Shown piece by piece: positions 35,369 to 44,933 of a stretch of DNA of 64,000 nucleotides. The DNA comes from an uncultured Aquiluna sp. (GTDB taxonomy: Bacteria; Actinomycetota; Actinomycetes; Actinomycetales; Microbacteriaceae): assembly GCA_913775595.1 (NCBI GenBank), contig CAJYLB010000001.1, positions 310,001 through 374,000 of the forward strand, in the 5' to 3' direction. The notes under the pieces were generated by a model. That model made no database searches. It had not been told where the DNA came from and saw only the letters and a program-made list of their open reading frames with translations. Position numbers and translations under genes: made by a program. How positions within the stretch are numbered: the stretch's first letter is position 1; each line of letters starts with the position of its first letter.

Positions 35369-35785
35369 ATGTCCAGGGAATCAGGCAGTGAGGACACAGC
35401 TAGATTCGCTAGCGACATCGTTTCGCAGAACTCCCCAGTTTTACTCCCCGAAGAACTCTCAGCCGTTGCAGCGTTGCCGGCTAACTCTGCTTTGCTAATC
35501 GTCCACCGCGGACCTGGGCAGGGATCGCGTTTTCTTCTCGACCAGGACCTCACTATCGCCGGTCGCCACCCAGAAGCTGATATCTTCCTCGATGACGTCA
35601 CGGTATCTCGCCGTCACGCTCAGTTCGAGCGAGAAGGCAGGACTTTTATTGTCAGCGATCTGGGTTCAATGAACGGAACCTACGTAGATGGCCAGAGCCT
35701 AGAGAAGCAGCAGCTGATCACGGGCATGGAGGTAATGATTGGCAAGTTCCGCCTGACCTTCTACGGCTCAGAGAAAGATCGCTAG
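35369..35785 (+). CDS. FHA-domain protein (GarA/OdhI-like)
   Basis: GRHPEADIFLDDVTVSRRHA, SMNGTYV and IGKFRL. Syntenic with pgsA2 and the MerR genes. Confidence 0.9.
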   Translation: MSRESGSEDTARFASDIVSQNSPVLLPEELSAVAALPANSALLIVHRGPGQGSRFLLDQDLTIAGRHPEADIFLDDVTVSRRHAQFEREGRTFIVSDLGSMNGTYVDGQSLEKQQLITGMEVMIGKFRLTFYGSEKDR

Positions 35786-36466
35786 ATGGACAACGCTGTC
35801 CGCAAGCTCCAAGACCATAGGAAGCTCTACACCATTGGTCAGGTGCTTACCGTATTGAAGCCCGAGTTCGGAGACCTCTCTCCATCAAAGTTGAGGTTCT
35901 TAGAGGATCAGGGTCTTGTAACACCGGAGCGCACCGATGCCGGATACCGCAAGTATTCCGAGAATCAAATCGAACGACTGCGCGTGGTGCTCAGCCTGCA
36001 GCGTGACCAGTATTTGCCCCTCAAGGTCATAAAGGAGTACCTAGAGGAGCTGGATGCTGGAAGACAGCCGCTACTGCCTGCCGCGACGCCTGCATCGCTC
36101 AGAAAAGGCCAGAGATTCTCAACCGCACAGCTCAAGGCAGAGACTTCCCTTAGCGATCAGGCTTTCAAGGAAGGCGCTGAACTAGGACTCTTTGGGGCTC
36201 AACCGCATTCCTCTCATGAGGTAGAAATTGCTTTTGCCCTGGTCGCACTGGAACAGTTTGGAATTCAGCCGCGTCATCTGAGGGGCCTGAAGTCGGCCGC
36301 GGAACGCGAGGTTGGAATTATTACTGGTGTTACTGAGCCGGTCGTGAGGAAGAAGGCTCCCGATTCCGCTGCGAAGGCCGGTCACATCGCGAGAGAGATT
36401 GCCGAGAGATTTGGGGCCATCAGGGCTCACCTAATAGCCGAAGCCGTCGAGGAAATTGAAGGGTAG
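35786..36466 (+). CDS. MerR family transcriptional regulator (FtsR/Rv1828-like)
   Basis: TIGQVL..SKLRFLEDQGLVTPERTDAGYRKYS, YLPLKVIKE and FGIQPRHLR. Confidence 0.87.
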   Translation: MDNAVRKLQDHRKLYTIGQVLTVLKPEFGDLSPSKLRFLEDQGLVTPERTDAGYRKYSENQIERLRVVLSLQRDQYLPLKVIKEYLEELDAGRQPLLPAATPASLRKGQRFSTAQLKAETSLSDQAFKEGAELGLFGAQPHSSHEVEIAFALVALEQFGIQPRHLRGLKSAAEREVGIITGVTEPVVRKKAPDSAAKAGHIAREIAERFGAIRAHLIAEAVEEIEG

Positions 36467-36546
36467 CGACACGCCGAAGGGGTCCTTCAAACCCTAAAGT
36501 AGAACTTGAAGGCAGAATTGGCACTTGTTTGAAGATAGGAGGCAGT

Positions 36547-37059
36547 GTGGACATCGAATCACCAATGCTCTTTGGCGATGACCTGCCAGCTCAAGATGTT
36601 GGCTATCGCGGTGCCTCTGCCGCCGCGGCTGCAGGTATCTCTTATCGCCAGCTCGACTATTGGGCAAGAACGCAGCTCGTTGAGCCTTCAATTCAGACAG
36701 CATCAGGCTCTGGCTCCCAGAGGCTGTACTCCTTCCGAGACATCCTGGTTCTAAAGCTTGTTAAGCGTCTTCTTGATGCTGGAGTTTCGCTCCAGCAGAT
36801 CAGGATTGCGGTTGAGCAGCTCCATGAGGCAGGAGTTTCAGATCTCACCAACACCACCCTTATGTCAGATGGCGTGACGGTTTATCTCTGCACGTCACAA
36901 GATGAGGTCATCGACCTGCTAGGTCAAGGCCAGGGCGTATTCGGCATTGCAATTGGGCGTGTGCTTCGCGAAGTCGAGGCAACGCTTGTTGACTTCGCGG
37001 CCGAAGAGGCTCAGGTTCAGGACGAGCTGGCTCTGCGTAGGGCTAGGAAGATTTCCTAA
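36547..37059 (+). CDS. MerR family transcriptional regulator (Rv1830-like)
   Basis: GYRG..AAGISYRQLDYWART and GSGSQRLYSFRDILVLK. GTG 36547 follows AGGAGG (track start is TTG 36529). Confidence 0.9.
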   Translation: MDIESPMLFGDDLPAQDVGYRGASAAAAAGISYRQLDYWARTQLVEPSIQTASGSGSQRLYSFRDILVLKLVKRLLDAGVSLQQIRIAVEQLHEAGVSDLTNTTLMSDGVTVYLCTSQDEVIDLLGQGQGVFGIAIGRVLREVEATLVDFAAEEAQVQDELALRRARKIS

Positions 37060-37966
37060 AGCTAAACCAGCGACGTTTCTTTTCAGCTCGTCTGGAAGTC
37101 GGCATCTCTTCAACTTCAACCATCTCAGTTAGGTTTTGACCCCGCATTGAGCGGTCGACAACTCCAGCCCTTGGCTTTCGAGCTGGTGTCGAAGATAGTT
37201 CACTCAGCGCTCCGGCAAGAAGCCAGTCAAACCCCTTTGCTATCTCAGAGGCTCCCTCGGCGGGCCAGGAGTGAATCGGTCTTGCGGCACCTGTCGACTG
37301 CTGCACGGCCGCTCTCTCCTCGAAATAAGGCATGAGCAGCTGATCACCAAACATGTCCCTAAGCTCCTTGAGCCTGTATTCATGCTCGTGAGATTGGGTT
37401 CGGAGCCTATTCACAACCACCCCGAACAGCTGCAGTCTCGGTGAGAGCTTGGCGCTGATTTCGACTATGGCCTTGCGCGCACGATCTGCTGCGATTACGG
37501 AGTAGAGAGCCGGCTCGGTAACCAGAATCACCCGATCTGATGCCACCCAGGCAGTCCTCGTCAAGGCATTGATGGAGGGCGGAGTGTCGATAATTACAAG
37601 GTCATACTCGTCTTCGATGCTCGCCAGAATTTCCTCGAGTTTCCATACGTCCGAGACCGAGGGGGCGGGGTTGTCAAGCAGCAAAGACCTAGGTGAACCC
37701 ACAAGCACATCCATCTTGGAATCGCGATGCCAGGCAGATGGAACAATGGCTCGCCTCAGGTTCTGTAGCTTAGGATTTTGAAGAACTTCAGCAACCGAAA
37801 ATCCTTGATCTGATGGTGCCGCGAGGCCACTTGTGGCATCGCACTGGGGGTCTAAGTCAATGACGAGGGTGTTCAACCCCTTGTTGAGTGCGGCAGATGC
37901 TAGGCCTAGCGCAACCGTGGTTTTACCCACGCCACCCTTCAGGGAGCTCACACTCAGCACGTGCAT
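37043..37966 (-). CDS. ParA family ATPase
   Basis: SLKGGVGKTT, DLDPQ and DTPPS. TAGCCT -10 lies 6 nt before the ATG. Confidence 0.9.
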   Translation of the reverse strand: MHVLSVSSLKGGVGKTTVALGLASAALNKGLNTLVIDLDPQCDATSGLAAPSDQGFSVAEVLQNPKLQNLRRAIVPSAWHRDSKMDVLVGSPRSLLLDNPAPSVSDVWKLEEILASIEDEYDLVIIDTPPSINALTRTAWVASDRVILVTEPALYSVIAADRARKAIVEISAKLSPRLQLFGVVVNRLRTQSHEHEYRLKELRDMFGDQLLMPYFEERAAVQQSTGAARPIHSWPAEGASEIAKGFDWLLAGALSELSSTPARKPRAGVVDRSMRGQNLTEMVEVEEMPTSRRAEKKRRWFSFRKSS

Positions 37967-38029
37967 TGAATTAGGCTAATGGTTTATGTGCCCTAATCAC
38001 TTAGGGCGCCTGTGTTTCTGTGAGGTTAG

Positions 38030-41000
38030 ATGTTCAAAAAGATTCTCGTAGCCAACCGTGGAGAAATTGCGGTCAGAGCCTTTCGAGCCGCCTATGAGAC
38101 TGGCGCCAAGACTGTTGCCGTTTACCCATACGAGGATCGCAATTCCGTTCACCGACTAAAAGCGGACGAGGCTTATGAGATCAAGGCCGAAGGGTCGCCT
38201 GTTCGCGCGTACCTCTCTGTTGACGAGATTATCCGCGTTGCAAAAGAATCTGGAGCGGATGCCATCTATCCCGGCTATGGATTCCTGAGTGAAAATCCAG
38301 ACCTTGCAAATGCCGCAAGGGAAAACGGCATTGCCTTCGTAGGGCCTGCGGCAGAGATACTGGAGCTCGCGGGTGACAAGGTAAATGCGAAAGCTGCGGC
38401 AATCAGGGCTAAGGTCCCAGTACTCGCATCCACCGAGTCCTCCGATGATGTTGCAAAGCTTGACAAGGAGTCGGACAAGATCGGCTTTCCGCTCTATGTG
38501 AAGGCGGTTGCCGGCGGCGGTGGCCGCGGCATGCGCAAAGTAGAGCAAAAGGCCGATCTGAAGCAGGCACTAGAAGCCGCGATGCAGGAAGCCTCCAGCG
38601 CATTTGGTGATCCTCGGGTCTTTTTGGAGCAGGCAGTTATCCGCCCCCGCCACATCGAGGTCCAGATTCTGGCGGACCTGGAGGGCAACGTCATGCACCT
38701 TCTGGAGCGCGACTGCTCGATCCAAAGGAGAAACCAAAAGGTGGTCGAGATAGCGCCAGCTCCACATCTGGAAGAGGCGTTGCGTCAGCAGCTTTTCAAG
38801 GATGCCATTGCCTTTGCTACCGAAATTGGTTACCAAAACGCAGGCACCGTCGAGTTTCTAATCGAAACCGAAGGCCCCAACACCGGCAAGCACGTCTTTA
38901 TTGAGATGAACCCAAGAATTCAGGTTGAGCACACGGTGACCGAAGAGGTTACCGACGTCGACCTGGTTCAGTCCCAGCTCCGCATTGCAGCCGGACAGAC
39001 TCTCGAGGATCTGGGCCTTAGGCAAGAGGACATAAAGCCTCACGGATTCGCAATTCAGTGCCGCATCACAACCGAGGACCCAGCAGCGGGCTTTAGACCT
39101 GACACTGGAATGATCACTACCTACCGCTCTCCGGGAGGTGCTGGTATTCGCCTCGATGGCGGGACGGTAACCACTGGAGCCGAGGTCTCACCGCACTTCG
39201 ATTCGCTCCTCGTGAAGCTCATCACCCGAGGCCGGGATTTCCGATCTGCGGTTGAAAGGACTCGCAGGGCACTAGCCGAGTTCCGCATCAGGGGAGTGGC
39301 AACAAACATCAACTTCCTTCAGGCGGTGCTTGACGATGAGACTTTCGCATCTGGGGAACTCTCAACTCACTTCATAGACGAGCGCCCCGAGCTTATGCAG
39401 GCAAGGGTTTCTCAGGACCGTGGGACCAAGGTGCTGCAGTGGCTAGCGGAAGTTACAGTCAACAAGCCCTTTGGCTCGCGTGATGGAAAGTCTGATCCTG
39501 CTCTGAAGCTTCCTGATGTTGACCTAGGCGCGTCGGCACCAAGCGGCACAAAGCAGCTACTGACCGAGCTTGGACCTGAGAAGTTTGCAGCTTGGATGCG
39601 AGAGCAGAACAGGGTGCTAGTCACAGACACCACCTTCCGCGATGCCCACCAGTCGCTGCTTGCAACTAGGGTGCGCAGTAAGGACCTAATTGCGGCAGCA
39701 CCCTATGTCGCTCGCATGACACCTCAGCTCCTGAGCATCGAGGCATGGGGAGGTGCCACCTATGACGTCGCGCTTCGATTCCTGGGTGAAGATCCGTGGG
39801 AGAGGCTGGAAGCCCTTCGAGCGCAGCTTCCGAATATCTGTATTCAGATGCTCCTGCGCGGTAGGAACACCGTCGGCTACACCCCATACCCAACCGAGGT
39901 TACTGACGCGTTCATCAAGGAAGCAGCTTCTACCGGTGTCGACATTTTCCGCATCTTTGATGCGTTGAATGACGTTGACCAAATGGCACCAGCCATCAAG
40001 GCTGTGCGAGAGCACACCGGCGCCGTTGCTGAGGTTGGCCTCAGTTACACCGGCAACTTCCTAGATCCCAGTGAGAACCTTTACACGTTGGACTACTGGC
40101 TCAATCTTGCTGAGAGCGTGGTTTCGGCGGGTGCTCACGTCCTGGCGATCAAGGACATGGCAGGACTTCTCAGGCCTAAGGCGGCAGCCACGTTGGTTGG
40201 CGCCCTGAGAGAAAAATTCGAGCTGCCTGTTCATCTGCACACCCACGACACCGCAGGCGGCCAGCTGGCAACATTGCTAGCCGCGGTCGATGCGGGCGTT
40301 GATGCGGTCGACGTTGCAAGTGCACCTATGGCTGGCACAACCTCTCAGCCATCGGCTTCTGGACTGGTAGCAGCGCTTGCCAATACCGAGCGCGACACTG
40401 AGATTACTCTCGAGAGTGTCACTAATCTTGAGCCCTACTGGGAGGCCGTGCGCAAGGTTTACGCCCCGTTTGAGTCAGGACTTCCTGGCCCAACAGGCAG
40501 GGTTTACCGTCACGAGATTCCAGGTGGCCAGCTTTCAAACCTCAGACAGCAGGCCATTGCTCTTGGATTGGGTGACCGCTTCGAGCTGGTCGAGGAGATG
40601 TACTCCGAGGCTAACCGCATTCTGGGTAGGCCTCCTAAGGTAACTCCGAGCTCTAAGGTCGTAGGCGACCTAGCCCTTCACCTTGTTGCCGTAGATGCAG
40701 ATCCTGCTGAGTTTGAGGCGAATCCTCAAAAGTTCGACATTCCAGACTCTGTCATTGGCTTCATGGCTGGTGAATTGGGAGACCTCCCCGGAGGATGGCC
40801 CGAGCCATTCAGATCAAAGGTGCTAGAAGGTAAAAAACCTGACATTGCTATTAAGCCGATCACAACTGAGGATGCTGCGGGTATTTTGAGTTCCGAGAGT
40901 TCGGTGCGCAGGAGAACGCTAAACAAGCTGCTCTTCCCAGCTCCCACCACAGAGTTTGAGCGCATGCGAACCACATACGGCAAGCTCACCAACGTTCCAA

Positions 41001-41431
41001 CCGTTGATTATCTGTATGGGCTTGAGCCAGAGACAGAGCATGTTGTCGAGCTCAGGAAGGGTCTCCAGCTATTTGTTGGGCTAGAGGCAATTTCTGAAGC
41101 GGATGCAAAGGGCTTCAGGACGGTCATGGCCAAGCTGAACGGTCAGCTGAGACCTGTGACAGTGCGCGACCACAGCATCTCAAGCGTCGAGTCAACTGCA
41201 GAGAAGGCAGACCCAGCCAACCCATCCCATGCCGCAGCACCATTCACCGGCGTCGTGACACCAAAGGTTGAGGTTGGTCAAAGTGTTTCTGCGGGTCAGC
41301 CGATTGCGTCAATCGAAGCAATGAAGATGGAGGCCTCCATAGCAGCTCCAATTAGTGGCAAGATTGTTCGGCTGGGAGTAGCCGGCCCAACACCTGTTGA
41401 AGGTGGCGACCTAATAGCAGTAATCGAATAG
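38030..41431 (+). CDS. pyc: Pyruvate carboxylase
   Basis: Biotin carboxylase domain (ANRGEIA, GGGGRG, EMNPRIQVEH), carboxyltransferase domain (RDAHQS, HTHDT) and biotinyl motif AMKM. Confidence 0.97.
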   Translation: MFKKILVANRGEIAVRAFRAAYETGAKTVAVYPYEDRNSVHRLKADEAYEIKAEGSPVRAYLSVDEIIRVAKESGADAIYPGYGFLSENPDLANAARENGIAFVGPAAEILELAGDKVNAKAAAIRAKVPVLASTESSDDVAKLDKESDKIGFPLYVKAVAGGGGRGMRKVEQKADLKQALEAAMQEASSAFGDPRVFLEQAVIRPRHIEVQILADLEGNVMHLLERDCSIQRRNQKVVEIAPAPHLEEALRQQLFKDAIAFATEIGYQNAGTVEFLIETEGPNTGKHVFIEMNPRIQVEHTVTEEVTDVDLVQSQLRIAAGQTLEDLGLRQEDIKPHGFAIQCRITTEDPAAGFRPDTGMITTYRSPGGAGIRLDGGTVTTGAEVSPHFDSLLVKLITRGRDFRSAVERTRRALAEFRIRGVATNINFLQAVLDDETFASGELSTHFIDERPELMQARVSQDRGTKVLQWLAEVTVNKPFGSRDGKSDPALKLPDVDLGASAPSGTKQLLTELGPEKFAAWMREQNRVLVTDTTFRDAHQSLLATRVRSKDLIAAAPYVARMTPQLLSIEAWGGATYDVALRFLGEDPWERLEALRAQLPNICIQMLLRGRNTVGYTPYPTEVTDAFIKEAASTGVDIFRIFDALNDVDQMAPAIKAVREHTGAVAEVGLSYTGNFLDPSENLYTLDYWLNLAESVVSAGAHVLAIKDMAGLLRPKAAATLVGALREKFELPVHLHTHDTAGGQLATLLAAVDAGVDAVDVASAPMAGTTSQPSASGLVAALANTERDTEITLESVTNLEPYWEAVRKVYAPFESGLPGPTGRVYRHEIPGGQLSNLRQQAIALGLGDRFELVEEMYSEANRILGRPPKVTPSSKVVGDLALHLVAVDADPAEFEANPQKFDIPDSVIGFMAGELGDLPGGWPEPFRSKVLEGKKPDIAIKPITTEDAAGILSSESSVRRRTLNKLLFPAPTTEFERMRTTYGKLTNVPTVDYLYGLEPETEHVVELRKGLQLFVGLEAISEADAKGFRTVMAKLNGQLRPVTVRDHSISSVESTAEKADPANPSHAAAPFTGVVTPKVEVGQSVSAGQPIASIEAMKMEASIAAPISGKIVRLGVAGPTPVEGGDLIAVIE

Positions 41432-41437
41432 GGAGAA

Positions 41438-42514
41438 ATGTCTCGCAAAAATGATGACGAGTTTTCGTCGGGGGAGAATGCAGACTACTCGGATCTTGAA
41501 CTAGATCCCGAAACAGGTCAGATCGTCTCTGTTAGCGCCGAGGGTGAGCAGGTTACAGTTCCTAGCTCAATCTTCGAGGAGTCCGAGCCTGCCAGCATGC
41601 TCACGGCAGACAGACTGCTACGTGACGAGGCAAGACCTCGAGTAATTCCGGAGACTTTTGGCCGCAGGCTCATCTACCGTCTCACCTTTGGGAAGTTCAA
41701 CCCAGGTGACAACAAGAAGGTTTTGGCAAGACGCGCTTTAGATGCGCGCATCATGCTCGATCTCGAGGGGGAGACTCGATTCGTTCCTGTGCTGACCCGT
41801 AAGGGTGGGGTAGGGAAGACCACGATTACGACCCTCATCGGCATGGCGATGTCGCTGGTGCGTGAGGATCGTGTCCTGGCGATCGACGCCAACCCCGATC
41901 GCGGCACCCTTGCCGAGCGCGTTGAGCTCAAGAGCGAAAGAACCGTCAGGGACGTCGTGAAGCGTGCCGGAGGGATAACCTCGTTCACGCTTTTCAGCGA
42001 CTTTGTCTCTCGAGACAAGACCAGGCTCGACGTGCTGGCCTCAGATACCGATCCCATGCTTTCAGAGGCATTCGATGAGGGTGACTACAACGTGGTTGCC
42101 GATATCGCCACTCGTTACTACAGCATCTGCCTGACGGACTGCGGAACCGGCATTGTCCACAGCGTTATGCGAGCAATCCTGCAGCGAGCAGATGGCCTGG
42201 TTATTGTTTCTGGCGGATCCGTTGATGAGGCGAAGCTTGCGAGCGAGACCCTGACTTGGCTTGAGTCAAATGGCTATGGAGATCTGGTGAAGAACTCTGT
42301 CGTTGCACTAAACACCGCAACCTACGGAACTCAACTCGTCAAGCTCGACGAGATTGAAGGACACTTTAGAACGAGGGTAAGAGCTGTTGTTCGGGTTCCC
42401 TATGACCCAATGCTGGCTGCGGGTGCGGTTATTCAATTCGACAAGCTTCACCCTGCAACCAGGCAAGCTGCTCGCGATCTCGCAGCTCTAGTTGTCGACG
42501 GTTTGGTTGATTGA
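41438..42514 (+). CDS. MinD/ParA family ATPase with acidic N-terminal extension
   Basis: RKGGVGKTT, DANPDRGTL and TDCGTG. Confidence 0.85.
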   Translation: MSRKNDDEFSSGENADYSDLELDPETGQIVSVSAEGEQVTVPSSIFEESEPASMLTADRLLRDEARPRVIPETFGRRLIYRLTFGKFNPGDNKKVLARRALDARIMLDLEGETRFVPVLTRKGGVGKTTITTLIGMAMSLVREDRVLAIDANPDRGTLAERVELKSERTVRDVVKRAGGITSFTLFSDFVSRDKTRLDVLASDTDPMLSEAFDEGDYNVVADIATRYYSICLTDCGTGIVHSVMRAILQRADGLVIVSGGSVDEAKLASETLTWLESNGYGDLVKNSVVALNTATYGTQLVKLDEIEGHFRTRVRAVVRVPYDPMLAAGAVIQFDKLHPATRQAARDLAALVVDGLVD

Positions 42515-43005
42515 GCGTTAGGGAAATAAGACTCTTCGGAGACCCCGTACTGAAGAGTGTTTGCGACAAGGTTCAAGACCCTGGATCGGTAGCGACACTG
42601 GTTCAGGATCTCCTAGATACAACCTCACTACCTGGAAGAGCCGGAGTTGCGGCCAATCAGATTGGTGTAGGCCTGAGGGTCTTCGCCTACAGCGTCGACG
42701 ACGAGCTTGGCTATCTGATTAACCCAGAGCTCGTCGAGTTGTCGGGAGAGAAGGTCGAGATTGACGAGGGATGTCTTTCGGTACCGGGACTGTGGCACAA
42801 GACTCCGCGCTATGAGCGTGCAACTGCAAGGGGCCTGCAGCTTGACGGAAGTGAAATTGAAATCAGCGGCGAGGGACTGCTCGCGCAAGCTCTCCAGCAT
42901 GAATGCGACCATCTGGATGGTCTTCTCTATCTCGACAGACTGCTACCTCAGGAGCGTAAGCTCGCCCTCAGGGCGCTCAGAGAGCAGGACTGGTTTCTCA
43001 ACTAG
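42511..43005 (+). CDS. def: Peptide deformylase
   Basis: GVAANQIG, EGCLS and QHECDHLDG. Confidence 0.95.
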   Translation: MSVREIRLFGDPVLKSVCDKVQDPGSVATLVQDLLDTTSLPGRAGVAANQIGVGLRVFAYSVDDELGYLINPELVELSGEKVEIDEGCLSVPGLWHKTPRYERATARGLQLDGSEIEISGEGLLAQALQHECDHLDGLLYLDRLLPQERKLALRALREQDWFLN

Positions 43006-44794
43006 CGTAGATACGGTCCACGTGAATCGCGAAGTCCTTCAGGACCTCACCACGCTTGATCTTTAGCGAAGGTGTGAGGTGGCCAGATGCCTCAGTGAGC
43101 TCAACATCGAGAATCTCGAAGGCTCTTACCTGCTCAGCCTGAGAGAACTTCTCGTTTACCGCATCCACGGCCTGCTGAATCTCTTCGCGAATCTTTGGAT
43201 GCTTGGTGGCCTCCGCAAGGGTTAGCTTTTCTTCAACGCCGTTTTGCTCGCACCACACCGGCACCATCTCCGGATCTAGCGAAATCAGAGCGCTGATAAA
43301 CGGTTGAGAATCACCAATCACCACAACTTGGCCGATGAGCGGGTGGGCGCGCAGCGGGTCCTCGATTGGAGCTGGTGCGACGTTCTTTCCACCGGCCGTC
43401 ACCAGCATTTCTTTCTTGCGGCCCGTGATGGTCAGGAAGCCGTCCTCATCCAGCTCGCCGATGTCTCCGGATCGGAACCAATCCCCTGTGAAGGCTTCAC
43501 GCGTGGCTGCCTCGTTGCGGTGGTAGCCCCGCATGATGTTGATTCCGCGAAGCAACACCTCGCCATCCTCGGCAATCTTGATGCCGGTTCCGGGAAGTGC
43601 ACGTCCGACCTTGCCGATCTTTTGCCAGCTGACTCTGCCGATCACGGCGGCGGCCGCGGTTTCGGTCAGGCCATAACCCTCGAGCACGATCAGCCCGATG
43701 CCTCTGAAGAAGTGGCCCAGTCTTGCCCCCAGCGGCGCACCTCCCGAGATTGCGTACTTGACCTTGCCTCCCATGGCTGCTCGGAGTTTTGAGAACACGA
43801 GTCGGTCAAATAGTTTGTGCTTGACCTTGAGCCCAAGACTTGGTCCCTTGGGGTCGTCCAGGGCTTTTGAGTAATCGATTGCAGTTTGCGCGGCAAGTCT
43901 GAAGATATTGCCCTTGCCTCCAGCCTCGGCCTTGAGCTCCGCATTGTTGTAGACCTTTTCAAACACCCTAGGGACGGCAAGTAGGAACGTCGGCTGATAG
44001 CCGGGAAGCTCGGCGGCGACCATTTTGGTGTCTCCGAGGTGTCCGACCTTGACGCCCGAGTAGATGCAGAGGGCTGCTACGTAGCGACCAAAGATGTGGG
44101 CTAACGGGACAAAGATCAATGAACGCTGGAACTCGTTGCAGAGCTCTGGAACCTCAGCAGCTGCGTTCTTGCAGTGATCTACAAAACTCGAATGCGTTAG
44201 CTCGCAGCCCTTTGGATTTCCTGTTGTACCTGAGGTGTAGACGATGGTTGCTAGATCAGGACCCTCGGCATTCTTCCTTGCAGTCTCTAGGTCAGCATCG
44301 GAGATCTTTTCACCGGCTTTGTGCAGCTCCGAAAACTCCTTGGAATCGATTCTCCAGACCTGAGAGACCTTCTTTACATTCGCTTTGATTTTGTTGAAGC
44401 GCTCGAGATGGTCGTCATTTTCGCAGAACAGCGCCACCGAATCAGAGTCCGAAAGGATCCACTCAATCTGGTGAGGGGAGGATGTTTCATAGATTGGAAC
44501 TACAACTCCACCAGCAAACCAGATGGCGAAGTCAATTAGGGTCCATTCGTATCTTGTGCGCGACATGAGCGCAACAGCGTCACCGGGCTTTATTCCGGCT
44601 GCAATCAGGCCCTTGGCAAGACTCTGCACCTCGCTCAGATATTCCGCCGCACTAACATCGCGCCAGCTGCCATCAGCATTCTTTCTACTGAAGAGCCCGT
44701 GTGCGGGATTCTTTGCGACGCGGCTGAGTAGGAGGTCGGTTGCGTTCTCGCGAGGATTCGTCTCAACTCTTAGCGGAACATCGTAAAACGTCAT
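42998..44794 (-). CDS. Long-chain fatty acid--CoA ligase (AMP-dependent synthetase)
   Basis: YTSGTTGNPKG, EGYGLTE, SGDIG and TGRKKE. Confidence 0.92.
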   Translation of the reverse strand: MTFYDVPLRVETNPRENATDLLLSRVAKNPAHGLFSRKNADGSWRDVSAAEYLSEVQSLAKGLIAAGIKPGDAVALMSRTRYEWTLIDFAIWFAGGVVVPIYETSSPHQIEWILSDSDSVALFCENDDHLERFNKIKANVKKVSQVWRIDSKEFSELHKAGEKISDADLETARKNAEGPDLATIVYTSGTTGNPKGCELTHSSFVDHCKNAAAEVPELCNEFQRSLIFVPLAHIFGRYVAALCIYSGVKVGHLGDTKMVAAELPGYQPTFLLAVPRVFEKVYNNAELKAEAGGKGNIFRLAAQTAIDYSKALDDPKGPSLGLKVKHKLFDRLVFSKLRAAMGGKVKYAISGGAPLGARLGHFFRGIGLIVLEGYGLTETAAAAVIGRVSWQKIGKVGRALPGTGIKIAEDGEVLLRGINIMRGYHRNEAATREAFTGDWFRSGDIGELDEDGFLTITGRKKEMLVTAGGKNVAPAPIEDPLRAHPLIGQVVVIGDSQPFISALISLDPEMVPVWCEQNGVEEKLTLAEATKHPKIREEIQQAVDAVNEKFSQAEQVRAFEILDVELTEASGHLTPSLKIKRGEVLKDFAIHVDRIYAS

Positions 44795-44933
44795 CGTCTA
44801 TCTCCCTCTGAAGTTTCCTAAACTCTACTCCTCGGCCAGAGCCTGTTAGTGATACCTCGATTCCCGAATACTAAGTGCGCGGAGGCAGTTTCGCCCCTAA
44901 AATTCAGGTTTGGCCATCTGTTAGGAGCTCACC

